DNA of 64,000 nucleotides. It comes from Alphaproteobacteria bacterium (GTDB lineage: Bacteria; Pseudomonadota; Alphaproteobacteria; Rickettsiales; UBA8987). The stretch spans positions 14,968 to 78,967 of the forward strand of contig JANPLD010000010.1 of the NCBI GenBank assembly GCA_031426355.1, in the 5' to 3' direction. This document shows, piece by piece, positions 28,735 to 39,066 of the stretch (the stretch's first letter is position 1; each line of letters opens with the position of its first letter). The position numbers were made by a program, and so were the translations under genes. The notes under the pieces are model-generated. The model saw nothing but the letters and a program-made list of their open reading frames with translations, was not told the DNA's origin and searched no databases.

Positions 28735-30273
28735 GTGGAATCTATGTATCATTTTAAGAACAAGCTCCAATCCTCTCCCGCCCGCAATCTATCACCTATA
28801 AATCAGTTCGTTTCCCCATATGAGGAATGCGGCGTATTTGGCGCTTGCGGAACTCTTGATGCTGCGGCGCATACTGCGCTAGGCTTGCACGCTCTCCAGC
28901 ACAGGGGTCAGGAAGCCGCAGGGATAGTATCTTGTGAAACAAATTCTGACAGGTCACTTTCGAATCTTCACCACCATCATGCGATCGGTAAAGTTGGTGA
29001 TAACTTTGGTGATGGAGTTATCATAGCTAAGTTAAGAGGTTTTTCTGCGATCGGCCATAACAGATATTCAACAACTGGTGGCTCAGTAAATGCCGCAAAT
29101 ATTCAGCCTTTAATAGCGGAGCTTAGCTTTGGAGCGCTTGCGCTAGCTCATAACGGTAACCTCACTAACGCCGCAATCATCAGGAAAAAACTTATTTCTG
29201 AAGGTTCAATATTCCGCACTACTATGGATACCGAAGTTGTTATCCATTTAATGGCACGCTCCGGCAAAAATAATATTAAAGATGCCCTTATAGAGGCCCT
29301 TAAAAAAATTGAAGGTGGTTATTCCTTAATAGTCCTCGATAAAGATTATCTTATCGGTGCCCGCGATCCATACGGTATAAGGCCGCTAATGCTCGGCAGG
29401 TTAGGGGATGCCTACTTCCTTGCTTCTGAAACCTGCGCTTTTGATATAATCGGCGCGCAGCACGTTCGTGATATTGCTCCCGGCGAGATTATCATAATTG
29501 ATAAAAAGAAGGTTCATGAGCAGAAGCCGAAAAAAGAAGCAACCGAATCACTTTTCCCATTCCCGAAAGTGAATCCAAGATTCTGTATTTTCGAATTCGT
29601 ATATTTTTCCCGCCCAGATTCGCAGATCGAGAATAAAGATGTTTATGCCGTCCGTAAAAGAATGGGCGCAGAACTTTCCCGCGAGAACCCTATTGAAGCT
29701 GATATAGTTATCCCGGTGCCGGATTCCGGCGTTGCCTCCGCCCTTGGTTATGCTGAAGAAGCAAAATGCCAGTTCGAACTTGGAATAATCAGGAACCATT
29801 ATGTCGGCAGAACTTTTATCGAACCAACTGACCAGATCAGGAATCTCGGTGTAAAGTTAAAGCATAATGCTAACCGTTCAGTTATTGAAGGCAAAAGGGT
29901 CGTACTTGTTGATGACAGTATTGTCCGCGGCACTACTTCCAAAAAGATAGTTGCCATGGTGCGTGATGCCGGCGCAAAAGAAGTTCACATGCGTATAGCG
30001 AGCCCTGCAACAACCAATGCTTGTTTTTATGGTATTGATACCCCCTCAACTGAAAAGCTTCTGGCATCTCACATGACCACTGAAGAAATTTGCAAATTTA
30101 TCGGCGCAGATTCCCTTGCTTATCTTTCGGTTGATTCATTATACCGTGCGGTAGGTGAGGCAAAAAGAAATAATGAGATCCCTCAATATTGTGATGCATG
30201 CTTTACTGGCGATTACGCGGTGGAACTAAAAGATAAAAATGCCGGGCTGGTAAATAAAGGTTACGATTGCTAA
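28735..30273 (+). CDS. purF: Amidophosphoribosyltransferase
   Basis: Ntn-type CGVFG after a ~30-aa propeptide, then GHNRYST.G, HNGNL, the PRTase motif VVLVDDSIVRGTT, and C-terminal Cys residues. GTG at 28735 or ATG at 28744. Confidence 0.9.
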   Translation: MESMYHFKNKLQSSPARNLSPINQFVSPYEECGVFGACGTLDAAAHTALGLHALQHRGQEAAGIVSCETNSDRSLSNLHHHHAIGKVGDNFGDGVIIAKLRGFSAIGHNRYSTTGGSVNAANIQPLIAELSFGALALAHNGNLTNAAIIRKKLISEGSIFRTTMDTEVVIHLMARSGKNNIKDALIEALKKIEGGYSLIVLDKDYLIGARDPYGIRPLMLGRLGDAYFLASETCAFDIIGAQHVRDIAPGEIIIIDKKKVHEQKPKKEATESLFPFPKVNPRFCIFEFVYFSRPDSQIENKDVYAVRKRMGAELSRENPIEADIVIPVPDSGVASALGYAEEAKCQFELGIIRNHYVGRTFIEPTDQIRNLGVKLKHNANRSVIEGKRVVLVDDSIVRGTTSKKIVAMVRDAGAKEVHMRIASPATTNACFYGIDTPSTEKLLASHMTTEEICKFIGADSLAYLSVDSLYRAVGEAKRNNEIPQYCDACFTGDYAVELKDKNAGLVNKGYDC

Positions 30274-30286
30274 TCATATTATATTC

Positions 30287-31465
30287 ATGAAACAGTTTGA
30301 TGTAATAATTATCGGTGCAGGCGCAGCAGGCCTCATGTGCGCTATTGAAGCAGGAAAACGCGGCCGCAGCGTTCTAGTGATCGACCATTCAAAATCTGTT
30401 GGTGAGAAGATTCGTATCTCCGGCGGTGGCAGATGCAACTTTACCAATATCAACACTACACCTGAAAATTTCCTGTCAGAAAACCCACGGTTTTGTATCT
30501 CTGCATTAAAGCGCTATACCCAGTTTGATTTTATAAACCTGATAAAAAAACATAATATTTATTTCCACGAAAAAACTTTGGGACAGCTTTTCTGCGATGA
30601 ATCTGCCCAGCAGATAATTGATATGCTTCTTGAGGAATGCCGAGCAGTAAAAGTTCAGCTAACCTTAAATACTGCAATTTCTGATATATCAAAAAGCGGT
30701 GATAAATTTGAATTCAAAAGCGAAAATGAAAATTTCAGATGTAGTTCATTAGTAATCGCATCCGGCGGTCTTTCAATTCCAAAAATAGGCGCAACTCCTT
30801 TTGGTTATGAAGTTGCAAAACAGTTCGATATAAAAGTTGTTCCGCCAAGGGCAGGGCTTGTTCCATTCACATTCAGCGAGGAAAAACTTTTAAGATATAA
30901 AGACTTGGCCGGTATCGCGCTTGATGTTGAAGTTTCCTGCAATGGTAAAAGCTTCAGGGAAGCCATGCTATTCACCCACCGCGGTCTTAGTGGCCCGGCA
31001 ATATTGCAGATATCTTCCTACTGGAAAAATAATGACGATATCATAATAAACCTGCTTCCTGATATGAACGCGTTCGAATATCTAGAAGAGGGCAGGCTGG
31101 AAGCGCCAAGGATTGAACTCTATAACGCGCTTTCAAATATCTTCCCGAAAAGATTCGCCCAGTTTATTTGTGAAGAGAATTATTTCAATGGCAGGTTATG
31201 TGATTTCTCTAACTCCCAGTTCCAGATAGTCGCCGATACTCTTCATGGCTGGAGAATTAAACCTGATGGTACCGAAGGTTACCGCACTGCAGAAGTTACC
31301 TTAGGCGGAGTTTCCACTGATGAATTATCTTCCAAAACTTTTGAAGCAAAAAAAGTTCCCGGCCTATTTTTCATCGGCGAGGTCATGGATGTAACCGGTC
31401 ATTTAGGTGGCTACAACTTCCAGTGGGCATGGTCTTCAGGCTACGCCTGCGGACAGTTCGCCTAG
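30287..31465 (+). CDS. NAD(P)/FAD-dependent oxidoreductase, HI0933/BaiN-like family
   Basis: [26 protein letters not shown], and the C-terminal [21 protein letters not shown]. Confidence 0.8.
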   Translation: MKQFDVIIIGAGAAGLMCAIEAGKRGRSVLVIDHSKSVGEKIRISGGGRCNFTNINTTPENFLSENPRFCISALKRYTQFDFINLIKKHNIYFHEKTLGQLFCDESAQQIIDMLLEECRAVKVQLTLNTAISDISKSGDKFEFKSENENFRCSSLVIASGGLSIPKIGATPFGYEVAKQFDIKVVPPRAGLVPFTFSEEKLLRYKDLAGIALDVEVSCNGKSFREAMLFTHRGLSGPAILQISSYWKNNDDIIINLLPDMNAFEYLEEGRLEAPRIELYNALSNIFPKRFAQFICEENYFNGRLCDFSNSQFQIVADTLHGWRIKPDGTEGYRTAEVTLGGVSTDELSSKTFEAKKVPGLFFIGEVMDVTGHLGGYNFQWAWSSGYACGQFA

Positions 31466-33675
31466 TTATCCATCAACTTCGGCAAAGTTCCACTATAAGC
31501 TTTCTGCAATTCGATAAGCGAAACTTCTTCCTTGCCGAGCTTAAGTGACATACCGCCAGTATCACCAATAACAGTAGCTGAAACACCCATTTCAGGCGCT
31601 TTAGTAAGTATCCTTTCAGCTGATTCCTGGGGCGCGGTAATTATATATCTTCCCTGGTCTTCACCAAATGCACGCGCGTAAGTTACGGAAATATCAATGG
31701 TCGCACCTATGTTTCCAGCCATTGCCATTTCAGCGATAGCAACTAATTGCCCACCATCAGATATATCGTGGCATGCAGATATCCAGCCTTGGTCAATACA
31801 GAACAAAATAAAGTCCGCATTGTTTTTTTCAATGTTAAGATCAACATAAGGTGGTGCATATCCTTCTTTTATTCCAAGTATTTCCTCAGCAAAAACTGTA
31901 GCGCCAAGATGCCCTATCATATCACCAATACGGATAATAACATGGCCTTCTTTTTTAAATGTTGCCGTTATAGTCTTAGAAATATCTTCAATTAAACCAA
32001 CTCCGCCAACAGCAGGTGTCGGTTTGATGGATTTACCTAAAGTATCATTGTAAAGTGACGCATTACCCGAAACAACAGGGTATGAAAGCGCTTCACATGC
32101 TTCCGCCATTCCAGCTAAAGCCCCAACTATCTGTCCCATGATCTCCGGCTTTTCCGGGTTACCAAAATTGAGACAATTTGTTATCGCAAGTGGTTTCGCG
32201 CCAACTGATACTAAATTCCTGTAGCTTTCTGCAACGGCCTGTTTTCCGCCTTCTTGAGGGTTTGCATAAACATATCTTGGTGTGCAGTCAGTCGTGATTG
32301 CTATTCCTTTTTTAGTTCCATGAACTCTCACCACAGCCGCATCTCCGCCCGGCGCCTGAATTGTATCATTCATCACGCGATGGTCATACTGTTCCCATAT
32401 CCATTTTTTTGAACATATATTTGGTGATGCCAGAAGTCTTTTTAACACGTCGAAAAGGTCTTTCTCAACCGCAGGCTTTTCATAATTAAAATATGGTTTG
32501 ATCTCGGTTGGCTTCCATGGCCTGTCATAAACAGGTGCATTTTCTGAAAGCGGAAGTATCGGCAGATCGCATTCTATTTTGCCATGATGCTTAAGTATTA
32601 ACCTTCCAGTATCTGTAACTTTCCCGATTATCGCAGAATCAATATCCCATTTATCAAAAATACTATGGGCAAAATCTTCTTTGCCTTCCTTGATAACAAT
32701 TAACATGCGTTCTTGTGATTCAGATAGCATCATCTCATAAGCGGTCATGTTCTCTTCACGCTGCGGAACATTATCTAAAATAAGTTCAACCCCGGTACCG
32801 CCTTTTGCCGCCATTTCAAGTGATGAAGATGTTAACCCTGCTGCACCCATATCCTGTATCGCAACAATCGCATCACTCTGCATAAGTTCTAAGCACGCTT
32901 CAATTAATTTCTTCTCTGCAAATGGGTCTCCTACCTGAACCGTTGGGCGTTTCTCTTCAGACTTCTCATCAAACTCAGCTGATGCCATGGTCGCGCCATG
33001 GATACCATCGCGCCCTGTTTTTGAACCTGCATAAAGAATCGCCGCTCCAACCTTGCTGGCAGCCGAATAGAATATCTTATCTTTCTCAGCAAGCCCAACT
33101 GCCATTGCGTTCACTAAGATATTTCCGTTAAAACTTTCATCAAAATTTGTCTCGCCACCAACCGTCGGAACGCCAACGCAGTTACCATAACCACCAATAC
33201 CGTTAACAACTCCTTTAAGAAGGAATTTAGTTTTTGGATGGTTCATCGAACCAAAGCGTAGAGCATTCATTAATGCAACCGGCCTTGCGCCCATTGTGAA
33301 TACGTCTCTTAATATTCCGCCAACACCTGTCGCAGAACCTTGGTAAGGTTCAATATATGAAGGGTGATTATGACTCTCCATCTTGAATATCACCGCATGG
33401 TTATCACCAAAATCAATAACGCCTGCATTTTCACCCGGGCCGCAAATAACCTGCGGGCCTTTCGTCGGGAGTTTTTTAATATGTTTGCGCGTAGACTTGT
33501 AAGAGCAATGCTCACTCCACATCACTGAGAAAATACCAAGCTCAACCATGTTAGGTTTGCGTCCTAATATCTCAAGTATCTTCGCATACTCTTCATCGGT
33601 CAGTTTATGGTTTTTTAGAACTTCGCTATCAATAACAAAATCCTGTCTTCCCTGCTTTAATGCTTCTTGTGCCAT
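31462..33675 (-). CDS. purL: Phosphoribosylformylglycinamidine synthase subunit PurL (small form)
   Basis: 737 aa with SEHCSYK, ESHNHPS, and the duplicated AIR-synthase-like halves (DMGAAGL, DISDGG). Confidence 0.95.
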   Translation of the reverse strand: MAQEALKQGRQDFVIDSEVLKNHKLTDEEYAKILEILGRKPNMVELGIFSVMWSEHCSYKSTRKHIKKLPTKGPQVICGPGENAGVIDFGDNHAVIFKMESHNHPSYIEPYQGSATGVGGILRDVFTMGARPVALMNALRFGSMNHPKTKFLLKGVVNGIGGYGNCVGVPTVGGETNFDESFNGNILVNAMAVGLAEKDKIFYSAASKVGAAILYAGSKTGRDGIHGATMASAEFDEKSEEKRPTVQVGDPFAEKKLIEACLELMQSDAIVAIQDMGAAGLTSSSLEMAAKGGTGVELILDNVPQREENMTAYEMMLSESQERMLIVIKEGKEDFAHSIFDKWDIDSAIIGKVTDTGRLILKHHGKIECDLPILPLSENAPVYDRPWKPTEIKPYFNYEKPAVEKDLFDVLKRLLASPNICSKKWIWEQYDHRVMNDTIQAPGGDAAVVRVHGTKKGIAITTDCTPRYVYANPQEGGKQAVAESYRNLVSVGAKPLAITNCLNFGNPEKPEIMGQIVGALAGMAEACEALSYPVVSGNASLYNDTLGKSIKPTPAVGGVGLIEDISKTITATFKKEGHVIIRIGDMIGHLGATVFAEEILGIKEGYAPPYVDLNIEKNNADFILFCIDQGWISACHDISDGGQLVAIAEMAMAGNIGATIDISVTYARAFGEDQGRYIITAPQESAERILTKAPEMGVSATVIGDTGGMSLKLGKEEVSLIELQKAYSGTLPKLMDN

Positions 33676-33781
33676 CTTAAAATATAATTAGAAATTTGCG
33701 GCTTTATTAGCAGAATAATTGAGGGTTTACTAGAAAAAATAAGCAGTAATTTACGGGTAATTTTTAGTAATTAATGGTTAT

Positions 33782-33937
33782 TTAAAAATCTGACACTCTG
33801 CCTTTAACACTCCAGTCACCATGTTTTGTAGTGCCTTCTTTCGGCCCACCAATTTCCTTTATCTTTGAAAGTATCTCTTCAAGCTCTTCATTATTTTTAG
33901 GATGCGGTACCTGATTTTCCAATTTAATTTCTGTCAT
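33782..33937 (-). CDS. DUF1674 / SDHAF4-like small protein (51 aa, below the ORF-track cutoff)
   Basis: Hand translation gives MTEIKLENQVPHPKNNEELEEILSKIKEIGGPKEGTTKHGDWSVKGRVSDF. The C-terminal GGPK...GDW..KGR.SDF matches the family signature as I recall it (eukaryotic SDHAF4 ends ..[23 protein letters not shown]). Confidence 0.65.
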   Translation of the reverse strand: MTEIKLENQVPHPKNNEELEEILSKIKEIGGPKEGTTKHGDWSVKGRVSDF

Positions 33938-33944
33938 AATGTAA

Positions 33945-34643
33945 CTATAACTTTAGCTTTTGAAGTGATGTTTTAATTCCTTTTGAAATTTCAGATTTTA
34001 TTAAGATTTTAATATTTTCCAATTCGTTAGCAGTATAATCTTTTGGGTTTTCCTTCCAGATTATATCACATTTTAAAGGAGTATCATCAGTAAAACCCCA
34101 TTCCCAAGCAAGCTCTCTTTCTTGGGTGGTATCAAATACATAAGTAGAAAATAATGAATACGGGCAGCCACCATCGCTAAATAGATTAACTCTTTTAAAT
34201 AATCCATACCCGCCTTGCATAAGGGGCGCGTTATCATAAAGCGTTGGCCTGATCCATATTAAAGTATCCGCCCCTGCTTCTCTTGAAAGTTTAAAAACCT
34301 CAGTAATATCGTCTAGATATTCCACCTGTTTTTTAGGATTATTTGCTTTTCTGACAATTTTAATATTAGCATTAGGCTTAGATTTTTTTAATTCTGAAAG
34401 TGCAATATTTTCTGAGAAATCTCTTATTCCAAATTCAGGAACACTTAATGTTTTTTCTTCATTCCCAAAGATTGTAATGCCAATAAAAGTATGGTTCATT
34501 TCTTCTGTAAAGCCTGAATAAACAGCTATATTTTTGATCTTGGCCTGATCTTCTGTAGAAACTGATCTTTTTATTCCAAGTGCTGTACAGCTACAAAGTA
34601 ATAGGGTAATAAAAAGTACACTAAGGTGTTTAATAAATTTCAT
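33945..34643 (-). CDS. Hypothetical lipoprotein
   Basis: Signal peptide with the lipobox LLLCSC. No other motif recognised. It abuts the rpe stop. Confidence 0.5.
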   Translation of the reverse strand: MKFIKHLSVLFITLLLCSCTALGIKRSVSTEDQAKIKNIAVYSGFTEEMNHTFIGITIFGNEEKTLSVPEFGIRDFSENIALSELKKSKPNANIKIVRKANNPKKQVEYLDDITEVFKLSREAGADTLIWIRPTLYDNAPLMQGGYGLFKRVNLFSDGGCPYSLFSTYVFDTTQERELAWEWGFTDDTPLKCDIIWKENPKDYTANELENIKILIKSEISKGIKTSLQKLKL

Positions 34644-35330
34644 TTATCCTCTTAAAATATTGATATTTTTTTCATAATTCTCCTGTTTGCCATCAAATAC
34701 CGCGCTGCCTGCAACAATAGTATCTGCACCTGCATCTAATATTTCTTTGATGTTATTCGTATTGATACCGCCATCAACCTGAAGCATTATATCCTTCCCA
34801 GTCTTATCGATCATCCTGCGCAAATTCCTTATTTTTTCAAGTGAATATGGAATAAATTTCTGTCCGCCAAATCCCGGATTCACTGACATAATTAATACTA
34901 TGTCAATATCTGCTAGCACATATTCAAGCTCCTTTTCAGAGGTTGATGGAACAATTGAAACTCCCGCTTTAGCACCTGTTTCCTTTATCTGGCTAATTGT
35001 TCTGTCAAGATGAGGACACGCTTCTAAATGAACAGTTATAATATCAGAACCCGCTTTTCTAAAGTTAGAGATATATTTCTCCGGCTTAACTATCATAAGA
35101 TGCGTATCAAACGGCAGTTTCGTTATTTTTCTGATTGATGAAATAACTACCGGCCCGATAGTAATATTAGGCACAAACCTTCCGTCCATAACATCAATAT
35201 GCACCATGTCCGCACCTGCAGTTTCAATCGCTTTTATCTCCTCTCCAAGTTTCGAGAAATCCGCTGATAAAATTGAAGGAGCTATTTTGATTTTTTGGTT
35301 CATTGGATTGGTAAATATATTTGTTATCAA
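34644..35330 (-). CDS. rpe: Ribulose-phosphate 3-epimerase
   Basis: IAPSILSADF, HIDVMDG.FVPN, H.MV, NPGFGGQ.F and VDGG. An alternative start at 35303 (MNQKIKI) is possible. Confidence 0.9.
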   Translation of the reverse strand: MITNIFTNPMNQKIKIAPSILSADFSKLGEEIKAIETAGADMVHIDVMDGRFVPNITIGPVVISSIRKITKLPFDTHLMIVKPEKYISNFRKAGSDIITVHLEACPHLDRTISQIKETGAKAGVSIVPSTSEKELEYVLADIDIVLIMSVNPGFGGQKFIPYSLEKIRNLRRMIDKTGKDIMLQVDGGINTNNIKEILDAGADTIVAGSAVFDGKQENYEKNINILRG

Positions 35331-35388
35331 TATAACAAACCAAAATCACCATTGCGAGTGAATATTCATATTTTAAACATTAGCTATT

Positions 35389-36168
35389 CTATACATGAAG
35401 GTTTTTTCCATTTATGTGTTGTAGTTTTTTTCCTGATATATATTCTGTCGGCGGTTTAATTTTTTGCTCATGGCCTATGTTAAAATTCTTTCGCAATATC
35501 TCTATACTATCTAAAGTAATGCCGCCTGACTCAAATTTGTTGACTTGGTTTTCAAATATTTTCCAATCTTTTGTTAACTTATCACAAGAAGAAAGTTCAG
35601 AATGGTTCTCTGTTCGAGAATTTTCATTAGGTTTTACACTAGCAGCGGTTTTTTTAGGTTCTGTTTTTGGATTTTGGACATCTTTTTGCCTTTTTTCTTC
35701 GCATACATAACCATCAAAAATATTTAAAATCTGTTTTGCCTTTGGATCATTTGATAATTCTGAACTATCAATATACTGTTTCAGTTTTTGTTCAGCCTGT
35801 TCAGGGCTTAGAATATAAGTAGTAGTTTCAGGAGGGAATTTAATAGATTGAAATTGTTTACTGTTTACCTCAGTAACTATAAAAGAGCATTTTTCTTTAT
35901 CAAGCTTAAAGACCAAACTTTGAGATTCTACTTCTTGTGTAGGGAATCTAAAATCTTTTGTAACTATGTCAGTGATTTTAGCTAGTCTAGTGTCATGTTT
36001 AGGATAAGTGGTTGTTACTTTTTTATAATTTATTCCCAAAGAATCAAAATCATTAATTGAAGTGCTTTTTTTATTACGTTTTAAGGAAATATCAATTTCC
36101 TGTTCTGTTTTTACATCGCCCTTACCAGGTCCTTCAGAATTTTCTTTATGTACCGTTATATCTTCCAT
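35389..36168 (-). CDS. Hypothetical protein (orphan)
   Basis: 259-aa ORF that is AT-rich by eye, with no signal peptide and no recognisable motif. Confidence 0.45.
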   Translation of the reverse strand: MEDITVHKENSEGPGKGDVKTEQEIDISLKRNKKSTSINDFDSLGINYKKVTTTYPKHDTRLAKITDIVTKDFRFPTQEVESQSLVFKLDKEKCSFIVTEVNSKQFQSIKFPPETTTYILSPEQAEQKLKQYIDSSELSNDPKAKQILNIFDGYVCEEKRQKDVQNPKTEPKKTAASVKPNENSRTENHSELSSCDKLTKDWKIFENQVNKFESGGITLDSIEILRKNFNIGHEQKIKPPTEYISGKKLQHINGKNLHV

Positions 36169-36221
36169 GTATAGGATGAATTAATTTTTTGCCATTTTAT
36201 CATTAAATAGTTAACAAAAGA

Positions 36222-36249
36222 TTAATGCACCAATTTAATAAAATACTTT
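36222..36249. repeat. Direct repeat, copy A: a duplicate of the uvrD start region
   Basis: ttaatgcaccaatttaataaaatacttt matches 36852-36879 at 27 of 28 positions. It retains ATG CAC CAA TTT AAT AAA ATA CTT (MHQFNKIL) and then stops after 2 more codons. Confidence 0.9.
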
Positions 36250-36797
36250 TAAGCTAAGGTAAAGCCAGAAGGTTTCTTTTCAAAAGTTATTGGTTCAGAT
36301 AATTCTGACCCTTTAGGAAGTTCTTTTATATTGTGAATTGGATTCTTTAGAATTTCTCTTAAACTTTTTATTGTATCTCTAATTTCCGGATCATTAAGTT
36401 CATGTCTTTTCTTAATTATGGCTATTATGAAAAGCATCTTCTATTTGCTTATCCTGAAATCTAAGCTTTTCATTATCCGGGATATTATTTTCTTCTATAG
36501 GGGCATTCTGTCCATTTTTTTCTTCTTCTTTTAAAACATCTCTCCATGGATCGGTATCATTTACTGGAGCTATTAATTTTTGCAGATAATGGTCAAACTT
36601 GCCAAATTCTAATTCTTTATTTTGATTATATTCGGGAGCTTTAGGAGTACGCATATCCTCTAATTGATTTTCGTAAGCTCTTTTATATTTTTCTAATTCC
36701 TCATCATTTAATTTTTTTAATTCATCTTTTATCTGCTGTGGGTTTTCATATCGCCCATCAATAAATCATTTAATTGTTTTAAAATTTCGTCCCTCAT
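36249..36797 (-). pseudogene. Frameshifted ORF of unknown function (three consecutive overlapping frames)
   Basis: Minus strand: ATG at 36797 gives a 22-aa ORF stopping at 36729. A second frame is open from 36765 to 36412 (..IDGRYENPQQIKDELKK..MRTPKAPE..). A third frame runs 36437-36249. The pieces read through smoothly if two 1-nt indels are assumed. Confidence 0.35.
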
Positions 36798-36851
36798 AAT
36801 ATAACCCCTTTAATTATAAATATATTATACTATCTAAAAGTTAATTTTCTC

Positions 36852-36879
36852 TTAATGCATCAATTTAATAAAATACTTT
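36852..36879. repeat. Direct repeat, copy B (contains the functional uvrD start codon)
   Basis: ttaatgcatcaatttaataaaatacttt, the partner of 36222-36249 and 630 nt from it. Confidence 0.9.
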
Positions 36880-39062
36880 CTGAACTTAATCCTGCTCAGC
36901 TGGATGCCGTAAGCCATACCGAAGGCCCGCTTTTGGTGCTTGCCGGCGCAGGAACGGGGAAAACCAAGGTTCTTACCACGCGTATCGCCTATATATTGCA
37001 GAATCAGTTCGCCTGGCCAAGCCAGATTCTCGCCGTAACTTTCACTAACAAAGCCTCTAAAGAGATGGAGCACCGCATCCACCAGATGGTAGGTGATATT
37101 TCCGCAGGTCTGTGGCTTGGAACTTTCCACTCGATATGTTTGAAAATGCTCCGCAAGAATTATGGGTATGTTAACTTAAAAGAGAATTTTGCCGTAATAA
37201 ATTCTGATGACCAACTTCGCCTCGTAAAACAGATCATGCAGGAGATGGGAATTGATGATAAAAAATTTAATCCTAAAGGTGTTGTCGCGCAAATAAACAA
37301 ATGGAAAGATAGGGCGTTAACCTCAGAAGAAATATCAGATAAAGAAGATCTCACCGCTCAAGTTTACGATAATTACCAGAAAAGATGCGAAAGCCTTAAT
37401 GTCATAGATTTCGGCGATATAATTCTGAAAACCATAACACTTTTAAAAAAGAATTCTGATATTCTTGCCGAATATCAGAGGCGTTTTAAATATATCCTCG
37501 TTGATGAATATCAGGATACCAACGTATCCCAATATCTCTGGCTCCGTTTACTGGCACAAGGCTATAGTAATATCTGCTGCGTGGGTGACGATGACCAATC
37601 CATCTACGGCTGGCGTGGTGCAGAAGTTGGAAATATTTTACGGTTCGAAAAAGATTTTCCGGGTGCAAAAGTAATTCGCCTCGAAACAAACTATCGCTCA
37701 AGCACGGAAATTCTTAACGCTGCTGACTCCGTTATCGCCAATAATAAAAGTCGTTTAGGTAAAACACTCCATTCACATAATGGTTCTGGTGAAACGGTAA
37801 AACTGGTTTCTCTGTGGGATGATCGTGGCGAGGCAACTTATATTGCTGATGAGATCGAAGCACTCCAGCAGATCCAAAAACACCGCCTTGATAATATGGC
37901 AATTCTTGTTCGTGCTGGTTACCAGACGCGCGCTTTTGAGGAATGTTTCATGCGCCGCGCTATACCTTACCGCATACTCGGCGGTCTTAGGTTTTATGAA
38001 CGTATGGAAATTCGTGATGCAGTTGCTTATATCCGCTCCGCTATAACTCCTGAAAATGATCTGGCGCTCGAAAGGATAATTAATCTCCCTAAACGTGGTC
38101 TTGGTGAAAAAACCATTGATGATCTTAAATTTCAGGCGCGCCAGCAAAATATTTCACTAAGTGAAGCAATTCTCAGGGCAATTCAGAATAAAACCCTCAA
38201 GCCAAAAATTTCCGAAACGCTTAAAAATTTAATGTCTGATATCGCAAGCTGGAAGCAGAGCTTTTCTCATATGAACCATGCCGAGGCCGTTGAAAGGATA
38301 ATCAGTGAGTCAGGATATCAAGCCATGTGGGAATCTGAAAAAACCGTTGAAGCCAAAGGACGCTTGGAAAATTTGAAAGAACTTATAAGCGCCCTTACGC
38401 AGTTCCGAGATATCTATGAATTCCTTGAGCATGTAAGTTTAGTAGCAGATGCAGATGACAGGCCAGCCGAAGACATGCTTTCAATAATGACCATCCATGG
38501 CGCAAAAGGCCTCGAATTCCAGACGGTATTTTTACCGGGTTGGGAGGAGGGTTTATTCCCGAGCCAGCAATCCATGGATGAACTCGGCAAGGAAGGTCTA
38601 GAGGAGGAAAGGCGGCTTGCTTACGTTGCAATTACGCGTGCAAAACAAAAGCTTACCATAAGTTTCTCATCCAGTAGAATGGTTTTCGGGAATATCATAA
38701 CTTCCATCCCTTCACGCTTTGTTGATGAACTTCCGCAGGATGCAGTCGAAGTGGTAAACCGCACCGGAATGGGCGCAAATTACCGAGGCCGCTTCAGGTC
38801 ATCACTTGATAATTTCAGTAAAGATGAAACTCCTAACTTAAAAGAAAAAGCCGGAAGATTTGAAATACCATCTCTTGAAAATAATTTCTCCACCACAAAA
38901 AACAAAACCGAAGGTTCAAAATTCACTGTCGGTGATAAAGTCATTCATCCGGCTTTTGGCGTCGGCAGAGTTCTGAAAGTCAGCGGCAAACATATTCAAA
39001 TAGTTTTTGAAAAAGCTGCAATAAAAACCCTGCTTGAAGATTTCATCGAAAAGGCTGCCTGA
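36855..39062 (+). CDS. uvrD: ATP-dependent DNA helicase, UvrD/PcrA/Rep family
   Basis: SF1 motifs AGAGTGKT, VDEYQDTN, YRS, and TIHGAKGLEF..VAITRAK. The C-terminal Tudor-like tail is GDKVIHPAFGVGRV. Confidence 0.85.
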   Translation: MHQFNKILSELNPAQLDAVSHTEGPLLVLAGAGTGKTKVLTTRIAYILQNQFAWPSQILAVTFTNKASKEMEHRIHQMVGDISAGLWLGTFHSICLKMLRKNYGYVNLKENFAVINSDDQLRLVKQIMQEMGIDDKKFNPKGVVAQINKWKDRALTSEEISDKEDLTAQVYDNYQKRCESLNVIDFGDIILKTITLLKKNSDILAEYQRRFKYILVDEYQDTNVSQYLWLRLLAQGYSNICCVGDDDQSIYGWRGAEVGNILRFEKDFPGAKVIRLETNYRSSTEILNAADSVIANNKSRLGKTLHSHNGSGETVKLVSLWDDRGEATYIADEIEALQQIQKHRLDNMAILVRAGYQTRAFEECFMRRAIPYRILGGLRFYERMEIRDAVAYIRSAITPENDLALERIINLPKRGLGEKTIDDLKFQARQQNISLSEAILRAIQNKTLKPKISETLKNLMSDIASWKQSFSHMNHAEAVERIISESGYQAMWESEKTVEAKGRLENLKELISALTQFRDIYEFLEHVSLVADADDRPAEDMLSIMTIHGAKGLEFQTVFLPGWEEGLFPSQQSMDELGKEGLEEERRLAYVAITRAKQKLTISFSSSRMVFGNIITSIPSRFVDELPQDAVEVVNRTGMGANYRGRFRSSLDNFSKDETPNLKEKAGRFEIPSLENNFSTTKNKTEGSKFTVGDKVIHPAFGVGRVLKVSGKHIQIVFEKAAIKTLLEDFIEKAA

Positions 39063-39066
39063 CTTA

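Noticed and set aside
35350-35359. CATTGCGAGT, a possible fourth degenerate copy of the GIY-YIG-associated repeat, at the left edge of the orphan block next to rpe.
   Set aside because: Only a 10-nt identity, the AGCGAAGCAATCC half is missing, and the match is compatible with chance.
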